From: Candidatus Omnitrophota bacterium
GTDB lineage: Bacteria > Omnitrophota > Gorgyraeia > Gygaellales > Profunditerraquicolaceae
Reading direction: 5' to 3'
Length of the DNA stretch: 64,000 nt
NCBI GenBank assembly: GCA_041651035.1
Contig: JBAZKC010000001.1
Location: 259,244-323,243, forward strand
Made by a program: the position numbers and the translations under genes. Within the stretch, counting starts at the first letter, position 1; each line of letters opens with the position of its first letter. Positions 1 through 8,964 of this stretch are shown here, in pieces. Below the pieces are notes generated by a model. The model searched no databases and had not been told where the DNA came from. It saw nothing but the letters and a program-made list of their open reading frames with translations.

Positions 1-92
1 TAATCTCCGCCTTGATCTTCCCTTTTCTTGCCGCCCTTAAGATCGCGGAGAAATTCGTCCCTCTTCCTGAAGCAAAGATCGCTATATTCATA

Positions 93-911
93 CTAATCTA
101 TCCTATTCTTCCAGACTTTATCTACTTTCTGGGCTATCGCGTTTACAGGGCAAGCCTTAAAACACTCCGCGCGATTATCACAAATATTATAGTCTATCAC
201 CGGAAGATTGTCTACTATCTTGATCGCCTGAATAGGGCAGGCCTTCTCGCACTTACGGCAGGTAATGCATCCTACGGAGCAGGCATCCATCACTTTCTTA
301 CCGGAGTCTAAGGATTTACAGCGCACCGCGTACGCCTTAACTACAGGGATCAGCGTAAAGAGCCTCTTCGGGCATATCCCCACACATTTCCCGCAGGCCG
401 TGCATTTATCCGCGTTTATTACCGGCAAGCCTTCATTACTCATGGTGATCGCGCCAAAAGGGCATACTCCTACACACGTCCCGTAACCGATACAGCCATA
501 ACCGCAGGCCTTGGGCCCGCCGTGCAGCATATTTGCCGCCACGCAATCCTTTATGCCTTCATAATTGAATTTGTCTTTGGCGCGCTTGCTCCCTCCGTGG
601 CAGTGTAAGACCGCGACTCTCTTTTCCAGCTTGTCTAATTTCTTACCCAGGAGTACGGCGATCTGCTCTTTTACCGCTTCCGCGCTGACCCTGCAGGCAT
701 CTATACTTAGTTTTCCGCTAAGTATAGACTCGGCAAAACCAAAACACCCCGCTCCTCCGCAGGCGCCGCAATTAGCACCCGGAAGAAGGCCGATGATCTT
801 GTCTAATTTTGGATCTGTCTTAACGGCAAGCTTTTTGGAAGCGACAGCTAATCCTATCCCAAATAGCAACCCTAAAACAGCCAAAGTTAAAACCGGTATG
901 AGTATTTCCAT
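93..911 (-). CDS. rnfB: Rnf electron transport complex subunit B (polyferredoxin)
   Basis: 272 aa ORF with an N-terminal membrane anchor, a CGACGGAGC cysteine cluster and several CxxCxxCxxxCP 4Fe-4S ferredoxin motifs. It is the last gene of the rnfCDGEAB array. Confidence 0.85.
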   Translation of the reverse strand: MEILIPVLTLAVLGLLFGIGLAVASKKLAVKTDPKLDKIIGLLPGANCGACGGAGCFGFAESILSGKLSIDACRVSAEAVKEQIAVLLGKKLDKLEKRVAVLHCHGGSKRAKDKFNYEGIKDCVAANMLHGGPKACGYGCIGYGTCVGVCPFGAITMSNEGLPVINADKCTACGKCVGICPKRLFTLIPVVKAYAVRCKSLDSGKKVMDACSVGCITCRKCEKACPIQAIKIVDNLPVIDYNICDNRAECFKACPVNAIAQKVDKVWKNRID

Positions 912-912
912 A

Positions 913-1521
913 TTAAAATTTGAACCCGTTGAACCCCATAAAACTTAAAGACATAATTGAGGCGATAACAAAGGCGAGCGGGAACTCCTTTACCGCCTTA
1001 GGAATATTGCATAATTCCAGCCTCTCTCTTATCCCTGACATTAAAAGCATGGCGAGGGTATAACCTAACCCCACGCATATGCCCTGAAATACGGAATAAT
1101 AAAAACTGCCCGGCACCGCCTTGTTGTTAACAAAAAACATATCGGCGTTCAGCACTGCTACGCCTAATACCGCGCAGTTTACCGTAATCAATGGCAGGTA
1201 TATCCCAAAGAACCTGTACATAGGCGGGCTTATCTTCCTGATGGCCATTTCTACCAATTGCACAAATGTAGCTATGACCAGGATAAAGGATATGGTCCGC
1301 AAGTAAGCCAGATTAAAAGGTATAAGCAGGAACCTGTAAATAAGCCAGGTGATCATGGAAGACATGACAATAACAAACATCACGGCTAAACTCATTGCCA
1401 GCGCGGGCTTTGTCTCTTTAGAAATAGCGATAAAAGAACACAGCCCCAAGAAACGGGAGAGTATAACATTGTAGATAAATACCGCCGAAATAAATATAGT
1501 TAAGAATTCAGCCGCGTTCAT
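913..1521 (-). CDS. rnfA: Rnf complex subunit A
   Basis: 202 aa polytopic membrane protein with RnfA/NqrE-type sequence. It lies adjacent to rnfE and rnfB. Confidence 0.85.
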   Translation of the reverse strand: MNAAEFLTIFISAVFIYNVILSRFLGLCSFIAISKETKPALAMSLAVMFVIVMSSMITWLIYRFLLIPFNLAYLRTISFILVIATFVQLVEMAIRKISPPMYRFFGIYLPLITVNCAVLGVAVLNADMFFVNNKAVPGSFYYSVFQGICVGLGYTLAMLLMSGIRERLELCNIPKAVKEFPLAFVIASIMSLSFMGFNGFKF

Positions 1522-2117
1522 ATCTTTGATTTCCTGTTCTTTAATATGTTAAAGAATCCCAGTAATAACCCTATGACCAGCAGCGCTCCGGAAGGCATGC
1601 CCAAAACAAATACCGGCTCAAACCCTTTGGCTATGCTTAATCCAAATATTTTCCCCGATCCCAATATCTCTCTTATCCCCGATATCAACATCAGGGCTAA
1701 AGTAAAACCCGCCCCCATGCCTAAGCCGTCAAACAGAGAATTCAATACCGAGTTCTTCCGGGCATAAGCCTCGGCCCTGCCTAAGACCATGCAGTTTACC
1801 ACTATTAAAGGAACGTATATGCCCAAGGCGCGGTCTAACGCGGGGCTGTATGCCTTCATGGCCATTTCTACGGTGGTAACAAAAGTAGCGATGACCACGA
1901 TAAAACAAGGAATGCGTATCCTGTCAGGAACAATATTCTTTATCATCGCGATTATCATATTCGAGCCCAAGAGCACAAATGTCGCCGCGATACCCATACC
2001 TATACCGTTTGTCAGCGAAACAGAGACAGCCAGCGTCGGGCATAGACCCAGGACCAGGATAAAAGTAGGGTTTTCTTTAATGATGCCTTTTAAGAATTCC
2101 TGAAAAAGTTTTCTCAT
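1518..2117 (-). CDS. rnfE: Rnf complex subunit E
   Basis: 199 aa membrane protein with RnfE/NqrD-like sequence (GLCPTLAVS.. VPLIVVNCMVLGRAEAYA). Its stop overlaps the rnfA start by 4 nt. Confidence 0.85.
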   Translation of the reverse strand: MRKLFQEFLKGIIKENPTFILVLGLCPTLAVSVSLTNGIGMGIAATFVLLGSNMIIAMIKNIVPDRIRIPCFIVVIATFVTTVEMAMKAYSPALDRALGIYVPLIVVNCMVLGRAEAYARKNSVLNSLFDGLGMGAGFTLALMLISGIREILGSGKIFGLSIAKGFEPVFVLGMPSGALLVIGLLLGFFNILKNRKSKI

Positions 2118-3055
2118 TTTCTTCCGTAGACCTGGCTCCTGGTAAAACGGTCGATTATAGGCGCGGCAGCGTTCATCATTAATATGGCATAGGATACGCC
2201 TTCAGGATAACCACCCCAGAGGCGGATAACCGCGGTAATTATCCCGCAACCGAAACCAAATATAACCTGGCCTTTATAAGTTAAAGGACTGGTAACATAA
2301 TCCGTGGCCATAAAAAACGCCCCCAGTATGAGCCCGCCTGATAAAACATGGAATAACCAGTCCCCTTTAAAGAAACCTTGCGGGCTGAATATAAATGTAA
2401 AAGCTGCTACCGTAGCAATATAAGTTACAGGAATATGCCAGGAAATATATCCTCTGGAAAAAAGAAACAACGCTCCTAAAAGAAGCGCTAAGATGCATAC
2501 TTCTCCTATACAGCCTCCCCTTTTACCTAAAAATAGATCCAGATAGGAAATATGCTCCAGTATTTTACCTTCCCTGATCGCTGCCAGCGGCGTGGCGGAA
2601 GTTATGGCATCGTAATTTAAGGGCTGGGTAAAAGTAGTCATATACTTTGGCCAGGAGGCCATAAGAAAAACTCTTCCTACTAACGCGGGATTAAATATAT
2701 TCTGGCCCAGGCCTCCGAAAATTTGTTTGCCTATGGCAATGGAAAAAATTGAGCCGATGACCGGTATCCAGAAAGGGACATGCGGCGGCAGATTATAAGC
2801 AAGTAATATTCCGGTTATAACCGCGCTTCCATCTAAAATAGATATTTTTCTCTTGGTTAATGCCTGCAAGATCACTTCTGTTGCTACCGCGGAAATTACC
2901 CCTAAAGCAATTACCCACAGCGCGCTAACTCCAAAGATAAACACGCCGGCTATGCCCGCGGGTATCAGGCTGATAACCACCATCCACATGATCTTGCTTA
3001 CCGACTCATTCTTATGCAAATGAGGAGAAGCACTGACTATAAGATTATTTCTCAT
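2114..3055 (-). CDS. rnfD: Rnf complex subunit D
   Basis: 313 aa membrane protein with RnfD/NqrB-like sequence. It sits between rnfG and rnfE. Confidence 0.85.
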   Translation of the reverse strand: MRNNLIVSASPHLHKNESVSKIMWMVVISLIPAGIAGVFIFGVSALWVIALGVISAVATEVILQALTKRKISILDGSAVITGILLAYNLPPHVPFWIPVIGSIFSIAIGKQIFGGLGQNIFNPALVGRVFLMASWPKYMTTFTQPLNYDAITSATPLAAIREGKILEHISYLDLFLGKRGGCIGEVCILALLLGALFLFSRGYISWHIPVTYIATVAAFTFIFSPQGFFKGDWLFHVLSGGLILGAFFMATDYVTSPLTYKGQVIFGFGCGIITAVIRLWGGYPEGVSYAILMMNAAAPIIDRFTRSQVYGRK

Positions 3056-3569
3056 TTTTTATCAATTCCTTTATCTCTTGGGCTCTTTTAGATACCGAAT
3101 CTATTACTGCCTTTGAAGATATTGTCGCCCCGGTTATCGCCTGGACATCTTGTAGGGCCGGAATATTCTTATGGGAAAATTGACCGGTAAAAGACGGCTC
3201 AATAACATTAGCCCCTAAACCGGGGGTCTCATTCTGGTTTACTATTTTTATAGCGCTGATACTACCATCCGGAAGCAGGCCTGTCATTGTTTCAACGACG
3301 CTGGAATAGCCTTTGCCGTAAGCCTTAAAAGCCGCCCCGGCAAATTTACCGTCTTTAGCGTAGGCTTTATAATAAACAACATCCTCTCCGGATTTTACCG
3401 GCTCAAAGCGCTCGGCAAGAGGCAATACTTCTTTAAGGCTGGCTTCCTCTTCTGCTTTAGCCTGAGCAATGATCTTAGGCTTGGTTACTGAATTCATCGC
3501 TGCCAGCGACGCGCTAGCCGCAGCACATATCAATGATAAGATCAATCCATAACGGACCATCTCTTTCAT
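3045..3569 (-). CDS. rnfG: Rnf complex subunit G (FMN-binding)
   Basis: 174 aa protein with an N-terminal anchor and an FMN-binding-domain-like sequence (AITGATISSKAV). It sits between rnfC and rnfD. Confidence 0.8.
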   Translation of the reverse strand: MKEMVRYGLILSLICAAASASLAAMNSVTKPKIIAQAKAEEEASLKEVLPLAERFEPVKSGEDVVYYKAYAKDGKFAGAAFKAYGKGYSSVVETMTGLLPDGSISAIKIVNQNETPGLGANVIEPSFTGQFSHKNIPALQDVQAITGATISSKAVIDSVSKRAQEIKELIKNEK

Positions 3570-4840
3570 TTATTCCCCTCTAATTTCGCTCTTTTTACAG
3601 ACTGGGTTAACTTTCTTTTTGCCGGGCACACATAATTGCATAAACCGCACTCAATACAGTCCATCGCGTTATAATTTAAAGCCTCTGCCCACATCTTCTT
3701 TTCCGAAGCCAGGTTTATCAAACACGGCATAAGCCCAATGGAGCAGGCCCTCACGCAGGCGCCGCAGCGTATACAAACTTCTTCTTCCTGGGCCTTAGCC
3801 TCTTTTTTATTAAGCAGGAGCACCCCTGTGGTGGATTTTATAACCGGCACCTCATCTGTATATTGGGCGATGCCCATCATCGGCCCGCCGATAATGATCT
3901 TGGAAGGTTCCTCTTTTAAGGGGCCGCACAAATCTATCAATTCTTTTATAGGCGTGCCTATCCGCGCTAATAGATTCTTAGGGTTAGATAAAATGCTGCC
4001 GGTTACAGTTACCACGCGCTCATACAAAGGCTTATTCAAATAAACTGCTTCATAAATAGCGTATACCGTAGCCACGTTATGCACTACTACGCCTATGTCA
4101 AAAGGAAGTTTACCAAAAGGCACTTCTTTGCCTAAAATATTTTTTATAAGCTGCTTCTCTCCGCCTTGCGGATACTCCGATTTTAATATTTTAACTACAA
4201 GCCCCAAGCCATGAGCCTTAAGCTGCTTTATCGCTTCCAGTTTATTATCTTCTATGGCTATGTATATATTTTTAACTCCCAGGCACCGCGCGATAAGGTT
4301 GATACCTTTTATGACCTCCTTTGTCTTTTCTATCATCAGCCGGGAGTCGCCGGTTAAATAGGGCTCGCATTCCGCTCCGTTAATAATTAAGGTATCCACC
4401 GGTTTAGGCGGATTCAGCTTGATGTGCGCCGGGAAGCTGGCACCGCCCATTCCCACAATGCCGGCTTCAAAAATCATATTCCTTATTTGTTCTGCGCTTA
4501 AATTATCTATTTCGTTTTGGGGGCGGGGAGGCGGGAATTGGGTTTTGTCTAAACCATCGCTTTCAATGATCACTGCCGCGCATTTTCCCAGCACCGGATG
4601 CGGCCAATCCTGGATGGAGGTAACTTTTCCCGATACAGAAGCATGTATAGGAGAATAGACGTGTGCTACGGCTTGCGCGATCTTTTGTCCGGTAAGTACG
4701 GTATCCCCCGCTTTTACCTGAAGGGCGTTACAAATTTTGCCCAAATGCTGGCTTAAGGGGATATAAACATGGGAAGGCAACGGCGCCTTCTCTATGTTTT
4801 TATTTTCCGTGCTGTGTTTATGTTCCTCTAATTTAACCAT
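3566..4840 (-). CDS. rnfC: Rnf complex subunit C (NADH-binding, 2x[4Fe-4S])
   Basis: 424 aa protein with RnfC-type sequence and a C-terminal CIRCGACVRACS...CIECGLCNYVCP ferredoxin pair. It is the first gene of the operon. Confidence 0.85.
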   Translation of the reverse strand: MVKLEEHKHSTENKNIEKAPLPSHVYIPLSQHLGKICNALQVKAGDTVLTGQKIAQAVAHVYSPIHASVSGKVTSIQDWPHPVLGKCAAVIIESDGLDKTQFPPPRPQNEIDNLSAEQIRNMIFEAGIVGMGGASFPAHIKLNPPKPVDTLIINGAECEPYLTGDSRLMIEKTKEVIKGINLIARCLGVKNIYIAIEDNKLEAIKQLKAHGLGLVVKILKSEYPQGGEKQLIKNILGKEVPFGKLPFDIGVVVHNVATVYAIYEAVYLNKPLYERVVTVTGSILSNPKNLLARIGTPIKELIDLCGPLKEEPSKIIIGGPMMGIAQYTDEVPVIKSTTGVLLLNKKEAKAQEEEVCIRCGACVRACSIGLMPCLINLASEKKMWAEALNYNAMDCIECGLCNYVCPAKRKLTQSVKRAKLEGNK

Positions 4841-6081
4841 GGAATTTTATGTTTCTTTAACAGGTTTACGAGGCCTAAAAGGCTGATCAAACAACCTACG
4901 ACGACAAGGATCGCCAGGTGCGAAAATCTCTCCGCCAAAAGGCTGCTTATAAACATAAATAATAAAAACCCTAAATGCATCACTATCTCCAGGGAACTGA
5001 AGATCTTGCCCATCATCCCGTTTTCGCTTGCGTTATGAATAATGGTATTTGTGGCGATCATGTTAGGCGCAATCACCAGGCCCAGGAAAAAAGACAGCAT
5101 TGCCGCGATCGCGAAACTAGGATAACGGCTGAGGCATAAAGCAAAAACAACCAGCATCATACCGCTTAACACCAAGGAAACAAATATTATCCTGTATTGT
5201 GATAACTTTTGGCCAAAACGCCCGTAGAAAAGGGAACCTGAGAATAAACCTAGCCCCAAAAACATGATCAAAAGCCCCAGGTCCTTGGTCGCTGAATGCA
5301 GGGTCTTTTGCACAAATACGATCAGCACTACGTAAACCGCTCCCAACGCCGACCACAATATGAAGATCATCCAGGCGGCAAACCTTATATCTTTCTTTTG
5401 AAAAAAATACAAGAAACCTTCCTTGATCTCCTGTATCACGGATTTTCCGATAACCTCCACTATTTCCTGGCTTACCTTCCTGAAACTCATCACCGAGCTT
5501 GCTTTCTTAATGATGAAGAAAATAAGCGCCCCGGAGATCAAAAAACTTAAACTATCCATATAAAAACCGCTCTTAGCGCCCAGCCATTCTATCAGCACGC
5601 CGCTTACGCCAAAACCTACGATCGCCGCGATCATGCCGGTAGTATTTACCAGGGAATTCGCCATTAACAGGTCTTTTTTCTGGACCAGGTCCGGGATAAT
5701 GGATAACTTTGCCGGCACAAAGAATCTTCCTATAGAGAACATCACGAATATGATAAGGTATATGGGGATCAGGCTCTTACTGTAAAACAAAAATAGCGGT
5801 ATGGCCAATACCAAAGCCGACCTCAGGAAATCGCAGACATACATCGTCCGGCGCCTGTCCCATCTGTCTACATATACCCCGGCAATAGGGCCGATCAGGA
5901 ATACGGGGATTATGGTAAAAGAAAGGATCTTGGCGACTTCCCAGGTGGAACCCGGAGCCCTCTGGTACACAAAGTAGATCAAAGCCATCTGATTAAGCCT
6001 GTCGCCTAATTGCGAGATGATCTGGCCGAGCCACAATAAGGAAAAATTACGGTTTTTTAAGACCTCGGTGAATTTAGACAT
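4828..6081 (-). CDS. MFS transporter
   Basis: Protein with about 12 TM segments and MFS-like repeats. The track ORF runs to 6150 and overlaps tRNA-Thr, so I chose the internal Met (MSKFTEV) at 6081 as the start. Confidence 0.6.
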   Translation of the reverse strand: MSKFTEVLKNRNFSLLWLGQIISQLGDRLNQMALIYFVYQRAPGSTWEVAKILSFTIIPVFLIGPIAGVYVDRWDRRRTMYVCDFLRSALVLAIPLFLFYSKSLIPIYLIIFVMFSIGRFFVPAKLSIIPDLVQKKDLLMANSLVNTTGMIAAIVGFGVSGVLIEWLGAKSGFYMDSLSFLISGALIFFIIKKASSVMSFRKVSQEIVEVIGKSVIQEIKEGFLYFFQKKDIRFAAWMIFILWSALGAVYVVLIVFVQKTLHSATKDLGLLIMFLGLGLFSGSLFYGRFGQKLSQYRIIFVSLVLSGMMLVVFALCLSRYPSFAIAAMLSFFLGLVIAPNMIATNTIIHNASENGMMGKIFSSLEIVMHLGFLLFMFISSLLAERFSHLAILVVVGCLISLLGLVNLLKKHKIPWLN

Positions 6082-6092
6082 AAAAATAAAAG

Positions 6093-6165
6093 AGCCGATG
6101 AGTGGAATTGAACCACCGACCTTGACTTTACGAAAGTCCTGCTCTACCAACTGAGCTACATCGGC
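6093..6165 (-). tRNA. tRNA-Thr (anticodon CGU)
   Basis: Reverse complement reads GCCGATGTAGCTCAGTTGGTAGAGCAGGACTTTCGTAAAGTCAAGGTCGGTGGTTCAATTCCACTCATCGGCT. It has a 7-bp acceptor stem, a D arm, an anticodon loop TTCGTAA and a T arm GGTGG/TTCAATT/CCACT. No CCA is encoded. Confidence 0.8.
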
Positions 6166-6199
6166 ACGACAATTGTATGATTATACCACAAAAAAGAAA

Positions 6200-6227
6200 T
6201 TGACAAAATCAAAAAAGATGCTATATT
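6200..6227 (+). promoter_or_regulatory. sigma70-type promoter for cspA (TTGACA-16-TATATT)
   Basis: TTGACA at 6200-6205 and TATATT at 6222-6227, separated by a 16-nt spacer, about 120 nt upstream of the csp ATG. Confidence 0.5.
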
Positions 6228-6280
6228 ATTTTTCGTAAGGAAAACAAGGAGAAGTAAAGATTTTGGAAGCGCTCATTACA

Positions 6281-6321
6281 CCGTAAAGTCAGAATTTAAA
6301 TATGAACTTTACGGTTTTTTT
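6281..6321 (+). promoter_or_regulatory. terminator-like hairpin plus U-run in the csp 5' leader (candidate attenuator)
   Basis: CCGTAAAGT (6281-6289) pairs with ACTTTACGG (6306-6314) as a 9-bp perfect stem with a 16-nt loop, followed by TTTTTTT (6315-6321). It ends 7 nt before the GGAGGAGGTG RBS. Confidence 0.5.
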
Positions 6322-6348
6322 ATTGTGGAGGAGGTGAATAAGTAACAG

Positions 6349-6549
6349 ATGGCAAAAGGCAAAGTTAAGTGGTTCAGCAATCAAAAAGGTTATGGATTCA
6401 TCACATCTACGGACGGCAAAGACGTATTCGTGCATTACAGCGCGGTAAAAGGAGACGGTTATAAGACCTTAGAGGAAGGCCAGGAAGTTGAATTTGAGGT
6501 CACTCAAGGCCCTAAAGGAGAGCAGGCGACAAACGTCACCAGGCTGTAA
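6349..6549 (+). CDS. cspA: cold-shock protein (CspA family)
   Basis: 66 aa [21 protein letters not shown]...[17 protein letters not shown], with a canonical cold-shock domain carrying RNP1 and RNP2 motifs. Confidence 0.9.
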   Translation: MAKGKVKWFSNQKGYGFITSTDGKDVFVHYSAVKGDGYKTLEEGQEVEFEVTQGPKGEQATNVTRL

Positions 6550-6574
6550 CTCCGATTAACCCGATAAAAAATTA

Positions 6575-6607
6575 CCCCGTGCCCACTAAACTGGGTGCGG
6601 GGTTTTT
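6575..6607 (+). terminator. rho-independent terminator after cspA
   Basis: 10-bp stem (CCCCGTGCCC/GGGTGCGGGG, two G.U pairs) with an 8-nt loop, followed by TTTTT. Confidence 0.7.
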
Positions 6608-6611
6608 CTAG

Positions 6612-6770
6612 CTATTTCTGTCTTAACAGGACAATGCCGCTTAGCACAGAGAATATTATCGTTACGTAATTATAGCCAGCCCAATAGGTGTTATTATTAA
6701 TAGCTATACCTACGATTGTGAAAAACGCCAAAACCAACAACAGCAGCCCAATTATTTTATTCTTTTTCAT
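6612..6770 (-). CDS. small hydrophobic membrane protein (52 aa, unannotated in the ORF track)
   Basis: ATG at 6770 is preceded by a GGGAGG RBS. Translation is MKKNKIIGLLLLVLAFFTIVGIAINNNTYWAGYNYVTIIFSVLSGIVLLRQK. It lies directly downstream of the DUF1622 gene on the same strand. Confidence 0.45.
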   Translation of the reverse strand: MKKNKIIGLLLLVLAFFTIVGIAINNNTYWAGYNYVTIIFSVLSGIVLLRQK

Positions 6771-6796
6771 ATCTGCCTCCCATTTGATCTTGCGGC

Positions 6797-7123
6797 TTAG
6801 ATCTTTTTTAAATCCTTAGTTAAAAAATAACTTAACACCGTCCTTATAACTACAATCGCCCCCAATATCCCTAAGCTTTGCCAAGTAGGAGTGATAACTG
6901 TTTTAACAATGTCTCCGGCAATAAAAAACTCTAAAGCCAAAACTAAATAACTGCCCAGCTGAAGACGGATAGCTTCATTAAGCTGTATTGTCTGGCTTCT
7001 ATTAAAGATCTCTTTTTTCAAGAAACTAAACAAAGAAATAACTATGCCCCAGATAGTAACTAAAGCGCCGATGATATTTAACGAAAAGCTGATATTATTA
7101 ATAACGCAGTGGAAGGCATCCAT
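6797..7123 (-). CDS. DUF1622-family membrane protein
   Basis: 108 aa ORF with 3 predicted TM segments. The sequence resembles the DUF1622 small membrane protein family. Confidence 0.55.
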   Translation of the reverse strand: MDAFHCVINNISFSLNIIGALVTIWGIVISLFSFLKKEIFNRSQTIQLNEAIRLQLGSYLVLALEFFIAGDIVKTVITPTWQSLGILGAIVVIRTVLSYFLTKDLKKI

Positions 7124-7327
7124 ATTTTTAAACTCCTTTCGAATAAAAAGGCAACCCCCATTTTAGAGAGTTGCCTTTGGATTAAACCTACTTTAAGCCC
7201 ATTCATACCCCTTTGTAATAATAATATTATCCTACTCACATAGAAGAAAAGCAATGTATTTTTGGGGGGTATGCGAAATTGTTATGTGATTTATACGTGT
7301 GGTAGGTGTCCCACCTTATAAGATGTG

Positions 7328-7648
7328 CTAAAATGTAACAACTTTATCGCTCTCTTTGACGATTTCATACATATCTTTCATCGTATTTATCGGGCACATC
7401 TCGGTGCCTTCTTGATTTCGAGACTTTATGCATGTACCGCAGGCAAAAATCTTGCCGCCCGATTCTATAAATTTCTTTGCCTGTTCAGCTGTATTAAATT
7501 TCTCCGTGCTTATCGCCTGATATTCCACGCCTTTGCCCATAAAGAAAACTTTAGCCTCATCCTTCTGGCCAATGGCAAAATTAGCATACCTAAGCGCGTT
7601 CCAGCATGTTTCTGCATCGTTGATAGAAATAATGATCCCTATCCTCAT
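7328..7648 (-). CDS. DsrE/DsrF-like sulfur-relay family protein
   Basis: 106 aa ORF, MRIGIIISINDAE...FACGTCIKSR, matching the DsrE/TusD fold signature with a conserved Cys. Confidence 0.6.
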   Translation of the reverse strand: MRIGIIISINDAETCWNALRYANFAIGQKDEAKVFFMGKGVEYQAISTEKFNTAEQAKKFIESGGKIFACGTCIKSRNQEGTEMCPINTMKDMYEIVKESDKVVTF

Positions 7649-7663
7649 TTTAGCCCTCCTATA

Positions 7664-7852
7664 TTAAATAACCTTTAAAGCGTTAACAGGACAAATCTTC
7701 TCGCACCCACGCAGACGGTCGCATTTTGATTCGTCACCTACCTTACATTTTCCACTTTTTTCATCAATATACAATATTTTATTAGGGCAAAGCGAAACAC
7801 AAGCCCCACAACCAATACAAAGCTCTTCATCAATAATCACTATCTTATTCAC
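7664..7852 (-). CDS. 2x[4Fe-4S] ferredoxin
   Basis: CIGCGACVSLCP and CDRLRGCEKICP motifs. The track ORF extends to 7939 and overlaps the MBL gene. I placed the start at GTG 7852, which overlaps the upstream TGA stop (GTGA) in a translational-coupling arrangement. Confidence 0.6.
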   Translation of the reverse strand: MNKIVIIDEELCIGCGACVSLCPNKILYIDEKSGKCKVGDESKCDRLRGCEKICPVNALKVI

Positions 7853-8559
7853 AGCTGTATAGTATCTCCTTCCTTGGCTCTTATAAAATCTTGTCCAAAC
7901 GCCTGGTGTATCATTTCTGTCGCGCGCTTTCCTGTACAATGCATTGGCGCAATCCTACGTATACCAAACTCTTGCAGGTTTTTTATAATACGTTTATTCA
8001 TTTCGCCTGTGTTATTTTTCAAGTGGAAACCCCCGATAAGCGTATGCACATCCACCTGAAAACGCTCCTTAACATACCTGGCGATATCCACTACCCCGGG
8101 ATGCGCGCACCCACATATTACCGCTAATCCACCGTCCGTCTTTATTACTATGGACTGCTCATATATCTTACGGCCTTCCGATTCTCCGTAAAGTTCTCCG
8201 GTAGAATAAATATTGTCTTTTATCAAGACGGCCTCTCCAACCTCAATAACCTTTACCCCAAATGAGGCAATCCTTTTCTTTATACCCTGCTTGGAGCCGG
8301 AGCAAATATAAACCGTAATATCTCTCCGGTTATTCAGCAAATACCATAACCCCGCGATATGGTCCCAGTCATCGTGTGATAGAAAAATATGCCTGATCTT
8401 GGCCGCGTCAATATTAAACTTCCGCAGATTATATAAAAATACGCCCGGGTCGCCAAAGGTATCAAAAAGCACATCCTCGCCGATTAAAAATGAAACTCCC
8501 CATCTACGGGTGAACCGCTCCCATTTACTTGAACCTGTAGCTATAATCTTAATGCGCAT
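7849..8559 (-). CDS. MBL-fold metallo-hydrolase
   Basis: 236 aa ORF with the HDDWDHIAG (HxHxDH) metallo-beta-lactamase zinc motif. Confidence 0.75.
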   Translation of the reverse strand: MRIKIIATGSSKWERFTRRWGVSFLIGEDVLFDTFGDPGVFLYNLRKFNIDAAKIRHIFLSHDDWDHIAGLWYLLNNRRDITVYICSGSKQGIKKRIASFGVKVIEVGEAVLIKDNIYSTGELYGESEGRKIYEQSIVIKTDGGLAVICGCAHPGVVDIARYVKERFQVDVHTLIGGFHLKNNTGEMNKRIIKNLQEFGIRRIAPMHCTGKRATEMIHQAFGQDFIRAKEGDTIQL

Positions 8560-8562
8560 TAT

Positions 8563-8964
8563 CTATGCCTTTAATAAGTAATCCGCGATAGCCCGGTAAA
8601 GTGTACTTACCGAGAGTATTGAACAGTGCAGATGGTCTTCGGGCAAGCCTTTAAGCCTTGCAATCACTTCTCCCGCAGATATAGAAAGAGCCTCTTTTAT
8701 GGCCTTTCCCTCTGCTAGCTTTGCCGCCATGGTTGCGCAGGCCCGCGTGGCATTACATCCTTCGGTATAATATTTAATCCTGGTAATCTTACCTTTATCA
8801 ATCACTAGATAAAATTCCATCGTGTCACCGCAAGGCCCCTTTAAATAAGAGGAACTTACCGGGTCATTCATCCTGCCGAAGTATTTTTTATCGTTAATTA
8901 AGCTTACAATTTCTTTGGGATAACCAGAAAGGCTTTCCGCAGCATCTTTATGTGTTTTTCTCAT
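8563..8964 (-). CDS. IscU/NifU N-terminal-domain-like Fe-S cluster scaffold protein
   Basis: GPCGDTMEF...GCNATRACATMA...HCSILSVSTLYRAIADYL parallels the IscU three-Cys pattern (GAPACGD...GCGSAIAS...HCSILA). I placed the start at MRKTHKD because a GGGAGG RBS lies 8 nt upstream. The stop overlaps the start of the next gene. Confidence 0.7.
   Translation of the reverse strand: MRKTHKDAAESLSGYPKEIVSLINDKKYFGRMNDPVSSSYLKGPCGDTMEFYLVIDKGKITRIKYYTEGCNATRACATMAAKLAEGKAIKEALSISAGEVIARLKGLPEDHLHCSILSVSTLYRAIADYLLKA

Noticed and set aside
12-948. Plus-strand ORFs (12-311, 265-486, 565-948) overlapping rnfB
   Set aside because: They are shadow frames antisense to a well-supported ferredoxin-rich rnfB. 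They have no RBS and low-complexity translations.
6082-6150. N-terminal 23-codon extension of the MFS ORF
   Set aside because: It runs straight through a canonical tRNA-Thr. The internal ATG at 6081 gives a normal MFS N-terminus.
7853-7939. Long version of the ferredoxin ORF starting at ATG 7939
   Set aside because: It would overlap the MBL-fold gene by 90 nt and add a non-ferredoxin basic extension. GTG 7852, coupled to the upstream stop, is more plausible.
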